A DNA stretch of 64,000 nt from a virus, in IMG/VR virus record IMGVR_UViG_3300032296_001209, positions 1-64,000 of that record; one strand, written 5' to 3'. Positions 60,101 through 64,000 of this stretch are shown one piece after another. Within the stretch, counting starts at the first letter, position 1. Every line of letters starts with the position of its first letter. The position numbers and the translations under genes were made by a program. The notes under the pieces are model-generated. The model saw only the letters and a list, made by a program, of their open reading frames with translations. It had not been told where the DNA came from and ran no database searches.

Positions 60101-60793
60101 CTGATCTCTAAAATCTTCTTCAGTACTTCTATCTTGAATCTTTCTAGCAACAGAACTAAATATATCTGTACCAGCTAATAACATAGGACCCACATAAGGA
60201 TTACCTTTTTGATTAGGTTTTTTTGTTTTAATATCGCCAAATGGTTCTAAGCCCATTAACTTCCTAGTATCTTCAGGAATCTGATCAGTATAAGATTTTC
60301 TAATAGCATCCTTTGTACTAAGAATGCCAGACTCTAATTTAGTATTTCTAGGATATAAGCTTAAAGAACGTCCTCCCATAGATGTAGGCAACTTACTATA
60401 ATCAATAGGAGTTGTATTTTCAAAAAATAAAGGTTCTCCAACACTAGTTTTTGGTGCAAAAGATGAAGGGCGTAGACCTTGAATGCTTGGCATACCTACA
60501 TTAAAAGATCCTGTAGTATTAGGATCTCCTTGATATACATCAGCATAAAATGAAGGATTAGTATTTAAATTAAACGCAGGCATTCCTACATTAAAGTTAC
60601 CACTAGTATTATTAATACCAGAATAAACATCTGCAGAAATTGCTCCAGAGGTTGGTGCACTTCCAAAAGACGGATAGGGATTATTTTTTTGCCAGGTGGC
60701 TAAATAATCTGGACGTAGCACATTAGGTGCAGGTAAGTTATTAAATCCGTATTGAGCTTTAGGTAAGCTCTTAACCCTTACTTTCTTTTTCAT
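57170..60793 (-). CDS. virion cargo protein with xxxGG repeats
   Basis: 1207 aa, low complexity; EAEKGE...HSEGG motif; internal duplicate of the N-terminus. Confidence 0.65.
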   Translation of the reverse strand: MKKKVRVKSLPKAQYGFNNLPAPNVLRPDYLATWQKNNPYPSFGSAPTSGAISADVYSGINNTSGNFNVGMPAFNLNTNPSFYADVYQGDPNTTGSFNVGMPSIQGLRPSSFAPKTSVGEPLFFENTTPIDYSKLPTSMGGRSLSLYPRNTKLESGILSTKDAIRKSYTDQIPEDTRKLMGLEPFGDIKTKKPNQKGNPYVGPMLLAGTDIFSSVARKIQDRSTEEDFRDQFLADNLYNVRPEDYSGNRGDYLTNTPGFGLDFRPDEAIIKGYNKEAQMGGEMKRKVKITSLPQAGYGGTQDAKAVNQLYGNSAYMMNMFNGATEGEPQEQYGQTLGPDPRSISVLEAEKGETLVRKGTNSTIPEFFKIGGKRHSEGGTPLAGDKATPDSFIYSDTKAMKIKDPAILESFGFAAKKGGYTPAKISKKFDLNNKELREGLYSETDPLRKKTAVMMADNYISNLGKLALVQESQKGFPQGVPQIAVPYMDKVGLDPAQFLPPSPEEGMAMAMYGGIPKAQNGISRMDGMAEFEKLKRNYYAGNPNTGITQRATPNVPVNRTTPYTAQDIEYKDGRWQVKPTANMQAAPYSVSSQNMSPQRFQDYTFNNPEAAIDLVIKSSGIPSYIERVDKGRQEFLNTLNQPFAKQQVDTIAPAPVKQPVVTQKVKPAAQTPKPKVNVAKPSTDPVSSEWGDYEYGGNIPQYQTAGETPQEVAKPNPYAKVFIEERTSKTTGKKAYLYYEGDQKYLVDEAGNEIPGTRKVRTAEDTKFTQYGSPEIGTAIDERVRKGNKVIYTRIPAGQFANQPRVKNTGIYLPSAEASARTEGTLSSAEWKDFQDRHGDWIEKEYPGGFNKFKQDLETVDNDPDRLKNLETVGNKAAGWFQDKVNEKSIKATGKAYFKPKDPNSKDPYQRDVKFGRVTYSVPNYFDDETPETPNTPNTPRDPLEPGQLNPPPVPKRPPIGFYPQDVLNTAAAVGDLASINRYYPRMAQFTAEPMEPTFYDPNRELAANAEMANIAGANLAQFTGPQAFNTRFSEVQGKGLANAANILGRYNNLNVGVANQFEQANKQLINEANFRNQLAANDFYDKTVATNQQYDNARRAGRREAVDYVNAALENRFITDQMNSLYPNFFVDPAALKTYYTPAQKLPPGQKGKDLAKYLTEMGIDTKNPTVQAAMVKSIFGDIDVDERGNILAAQSAMSNRRKTKGS

Positions 60794-61341
60794 GTCTTAT
60801 TTTTTAATATACTATCACAAAAGAAATATAATTCATCTAAAGTTAAATCTGATTTCATTTGATTTATAGCCATGCAAACAAATTGTATATTACCTTGGAT
60901 ATATCCTTTTTTACTATCAATTCTATCTATACTTAAGTTAGTTAAAATTCTACCTTTATTACTTAAATATGTCATATCAATTTGAGATAAAGCACATTTA
61001 CCTTCTTGCTTATTCCATATTTCTTTTAAATAATCTAAATCAATATTAACTTCTAACTTTAAACGATTCGCTCTATCTTTTAATCCTAAAAATCTTTTAT
61101 TTAATAACTGTTCAAAAGTAGAATTATTATTACTTAATAATCTTTTTTTATACTGTGAGTGCTTACAATCCTTACATCTTCTATCTTTACCATCTCTATA
61201 AAAAATATTACTCTCTTCAGAATTATTATCAAACAAATTAATATCTTTATAGTCTTTGCATTTATAACAATACAAATTCCCTAAATCATCTTTTTGTTTA
61301 AATTTAGTTCTGTGTCTTCTTTTTTTATCAGATGTATTCAA
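60790..61341 (-). CDS. free-standing HNH-type homing endonuclease
   Basis: CxxC...CxxC; GKCALS; SIDRIDSKKGY..GNIQFVC..INQMK; visibly more AT-rich than neighbours. Confidence 0.8.
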   Translation of the reverse strand: MNTSDKKRRHRTKFKQKDDLGNLYCYKCKDYKDINLFDNNSEESNIFYRDGKDRRCKDCKHSQYKKRLLSNNNSTFEQLLNKRFLGLKDRANRLKLEVNIDLDYLKEIWNKQEGKCALSQIDMTYLSNKGRILTNLSIDRIDSKKGYIQGNIQFVCMAINQMKSDLTLDELYFFCDSILKNKT

Positions 61342-63727
61342 CTTTGTATCCTTTATTAATTAAATCTTGTATTTCTTCATCAGATAATTCATATTCTTCA
61401 CCCATAACATAACCACCATTCTGATAATTTCTTCCACCAAATACATGAGCAAAGTTAGCTCTTTTAACTTGTGTTGCACTATAGTCCTCTTTATTTGCAA
61501 GTACCTTTCTAGCAAACTCTTGCACACCCATACCGGCTCTATTAGCTGACTCAGTAAACTTACCTTTATTAGCAGGATTAATATTTATACCACCATAAGC
61601 CATTTGAGGAGATTGGCCTTGTTGTGCTTCTTGAATAGCCTGCATAATCTTTTGAATAGCTTCTTGTTGTTCTAAAGGTGGTAAAGATTGTAACTGTGCC
61701 ATAAGTTGTTCAGGATCTGTTTGAGTCATTTGTGCATACATCTGAATAGCTTGCATAACTTCATCTTGTTGACCACCCTGTTGATATACTTTACCTCCAC
61801 ACTCATAACAAGGTTGACCACCTTTCATCATCTGGTACATAGCATCTATATCCATTTCACCACCATACATGTCAGTATCACCACCATACATTCTTCTACC
61901 CATTTTACGGAGTTCTTTATTTGATGGAGTTTGACCAGTGCCTAGTCTTGGATCATTAGAATTCATGAACTCTTGATAACCTCTTTGCTTACGACCAGCT
62001 CTAATTTCAGAGGCAATAATACCAGCGGCAGTTCCAATACCTAAACCAATACCAGCTATTGTATCATTACGTTTCTTTTTCTTAGCAGCAGCTTCTGCAG
62101 CGGCAGCTTTTTGTTCTTCTGTTAAAGCTGGACCACCTTCTTGAAATCTACGGGCTTGTTGATCAAATGCAGACTTCTGTAAATTAGTACCTTGATTTAA
62201 TACTTTACCAGTATTAGGATCTACAGCTTGACTAAATGTAGTTGAACTAGAAATAGTTCCTGGTGCAGAATTAAATATCATACGTCCTGTCTGATCTACA
62301 GCTGATTGAGGATTAGAGGACTGATAATAAGAATAAATGTCATTACGTGATGGTGCTTGTTTTACACCAGCTTTATTAAATTGCTGAAGCTGTTGATTAT
62401 AATATTGTTCAAATCTAGGATCATTATCAATACCAGGAGACATAAATGTATTAATAGGGGCAGAACCATAAGTTCCTCCTTCTGCCATATTAGATAATAT
62501 CTTAGCTTGTACGTAAGGAGGTAATGCTTGGAATCCAGCATTAGTTGGTTGACCACCTTTAGCATAACCATAGTCATCTAACTTATCTAAGTTACCAGCA
62601 GCGGCAAAACGAGCACGTGCAATTTCAGGAGGCATCATCTCACCACCATTAGCCCAAGTACCAAAACGTTTGTGCCAGTATAAAGGAGAGAATGGATCTG
62701 TAGCCTTAGCTGAGTTTTTACCACCCATTCTATTCCAGAAATTATCTTTACGTTTCTTAGAACCATGCTGGCTAAAGTCTTTCATACCAACATAACCACC
62801 ATGTACAATTTTATACTTATCACCCTTCTTAGCTAATACCATCCATTTCTTACCAGCTCTATCAGATTTTCTTTTAGCACCTACTTTACTAAAGCCTCTG
62901 TTCTTATAACGCTGAGGAATACCACCCATCTTCATCTCTTCCATCTCACCCATGTTCATATCAATATCTTCTTCCTCTTCCTCTCCTTCTTCCTCTCCTT
63001 CTTCAGAACCTTCATTGAATTGAAGATAGTCAGCAACAGAAGAAATATAATCATCAGCTAAAGTTAATTTACTAGCTACCCAAGGCTCAACCTCTGATTC
63101 ACCATTAATAAAGTTTTGCAATCTAGCAATCTTATCATTCATAGCCATTATCTGACCCATTGCCATTTCACCACCTTCATCATAATAGTTATCACGCATC
63201 ATCATACCTACACCACCCATCTGCATAGCTGGCATACCCATAACATTCATAGCTAACTTTGCCATCTGCATTTTATCTTCACCATTTCCTTCTGCATTAT
63301 CCATAGCAGTTCCGGCAGCCATTGCACCATTAACCATAAAATCACCAATAGCATTCGTAGGATTGTTAGCTCTATCCTCATTCATCTTATTATAATAAGA
63401 AGCCATGTTACCATCATAGTTAGGATATTGGAATATTTGTTGTTGCTCCATACCACCACCGGTTTGAGCTTTTCTATATCCACCACCACGGTTCTTGTAA
63501 GTCTTCACAAGCCATGCAGAACCATAAGCTGAAGGCCAGGTATCAAATTTAGCTTTAGCCTCGGATTTAACACGAGAATATAATCCAGGATTAGTGGGTA
63601 CATTACCACCTTTCTTCATCTCTCTGGCTTCAGGATAAGCTTGAAAGAATGCTTCTTCTGTAGGAAACATAGAATAGAATTCTTCCTCAGAATTAACACC
63701 AGCCATTTGTAAAAATTTATCTTTCAT
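61328..63727 (-). CDS. modular xxxGG-delimited virion cargo polyprotein
   Basis: About 16 xxxGG motifs separate short modules; ATG 63727 preferred over TTG 63754. Confidence 0.7.
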   Translation of the reverse strand: MKDKFLQMAGVNSEEEFYSMFPTEEAFFQAYPEAREMKKGGNVPTNPGLYSRVKSEAKAKFDTWPSAYGSAWLVKTYKNRGGGYRKAQTGGGMEQQQIFQYPNYDGNMASYYNKMNEDRANNPTNAIGDFMVNGAMAAGTAMDNAEGNGEDKMQMAKLAMNVMGMPAMQMGGVGMMMRDNYYDEGGEMAMGQIMAMNDKIARLQNFINGESEVEPWVASKLTLADDYISSVADYLQFNEGSEEGEEEGEEEEEDIDMNMGEMEEMKMGGIPQRYKNRGFSKVGAKRKSDRAGKKWMVLAKKGDKYKIVHGGYVGMKDFSQHGSKKRKDNFWNRMGGKNSAKATDPFSPLYWHKRFGTWANGGEMMPPEIARARFAAAGNLDKLDDYGYAKGGQPTNAGFQALPPYVQAKILSNMAEGGTYGSAPINTFMSPGIDNDPRFEQYYNQQLQQFNKAGVKQAPSRNDIYSYYQSSNPQSAVDQTGRMIFNSAPGTISSSTTFSQAVDPNTGKVLNQGTNLQKSAFDQQARRFQEGGPALTEEQKAAAAEAAAKKKKRNDTIAGIGLGIGTAAGIIASEIRAGRKQRGYQEFMNSNDPRLGTGQTPSNKELRKMGRRMYGGDTDMYGGEMDIDAMYQMMKGGQPCYECGGKVYQQGGQQDEVMQAIQMYAQMTQTDPEQLMAQLQSLPPLEQQEAIQKIMQAIQEAQQGQSPQMAYGGININPANKGKFTESANRAGMGVQEFARKVLANKEDYSATQVKRANFAHVFGGRNYQNGGYVMGEEYELSDEEIQDLINKGYKVEYI

Positions 63728-63732
63728 TTTAG

Positions 63733-64000
63733 TTATTTGTATTTGTTTAGCCAACCGGTTTGACCACCTTCTTTGCGGTATGTTGGTGTAGTATTATTTA
63801 ATAGATCGTAATAGTTTTTAATTCTTCTAGTATAAACACTATCTCCTTGTGCATCTCCTGATTTTAAAGTATTAGGTGATTGCCAGGCATAACCAATTCT
63901 TTCAGCAACACTTAAATCAGCATTACCTTTTGTTTTCATTGTAACTACCAAGCTACCATTTTTAACAGATACTTTATATTTATCTGCTGCACCTGCTGTT
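63733..64000 (-). CDS. C-terminus of a truncated virion protein (ends RKEGGQTGWLNKYK)
   Basis: Frame is open to the window edge. Confidence 0.7.
   Translation of the reverse strand, partial: TAGAADKYKVSVKNGSLVVTMKTKGNADLSVAERIGYAWQSPNTLKSGDAQGDSVYTRRIKNYYDLLNNTTPTYRKEGGQTGWLNKYK

Noticed and set aside
34661-62577. Shadow ORFs overlapping the giant genes (e.g. 50629-51354, 44073-44459)
   Set aside because: Antisense or alternate-frame shadows of codon-biased long genes, with no motifs or start context.
1-64000. Stop-codon reassignment, known in some crAss-like phages
   Set aside because: The standard code gives dense, uninterrupted ORFs up to 3147 aa; TAA, TAG and TGA all end genes; the only tRNA seen is Asn.

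Overview
64-kb fragment of an AT-rich, lytic-looking crAss-like (Crassvirales-type) podophage of a Bacteroidota host. The assignment rests on a giant virion RNA polymerase (DFDID motif plus zincin domain), a family B DNA polymerase and TAnnTTTG promoter boxes; the standard genetic code is used. 1-4.6 kb holds a variable array of small, mostly overlapping genes with repeated terminal cassettes. 4.6-26.4 kb is a mostly plus-strand nucleotide metabolism and replication module (ThyA, UDG, SF2 and DnaB helicases, primase, PolB, RusA, MoxR/VWA, two DnaA domain-IV proteins, tRNA-Asn, GroES) with an inverted spanin/holin-like island. 26.4-30.7 kb has PhoH/Dcd and a divergent glycosyltransferase-methyltransferase block. 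30.7-64 kb is the minus-strand late region: lysis cassette, giant ejected proteins and GG-punctuated cargo proteins. Most notable: (1) a promoter-driven RNA in the tRNA-Asn 5' leader carrying two ~22-nt segments antisense to translation-start regions of two distant genes; (2) four consecutive ejection proteins (~6,900 aa) whose only cysteines are at facing termini, suggesting a head-to-tail disulfide chain; (3) a nucleotidyltransferase inside that chain; (4) modular xxxGG-delimited polyproteins; (5) a pseudoknot-capable leader on a lysis-like operon; (6) apparent CCGG enrichment. All calls are from manual reading; no searches were run.
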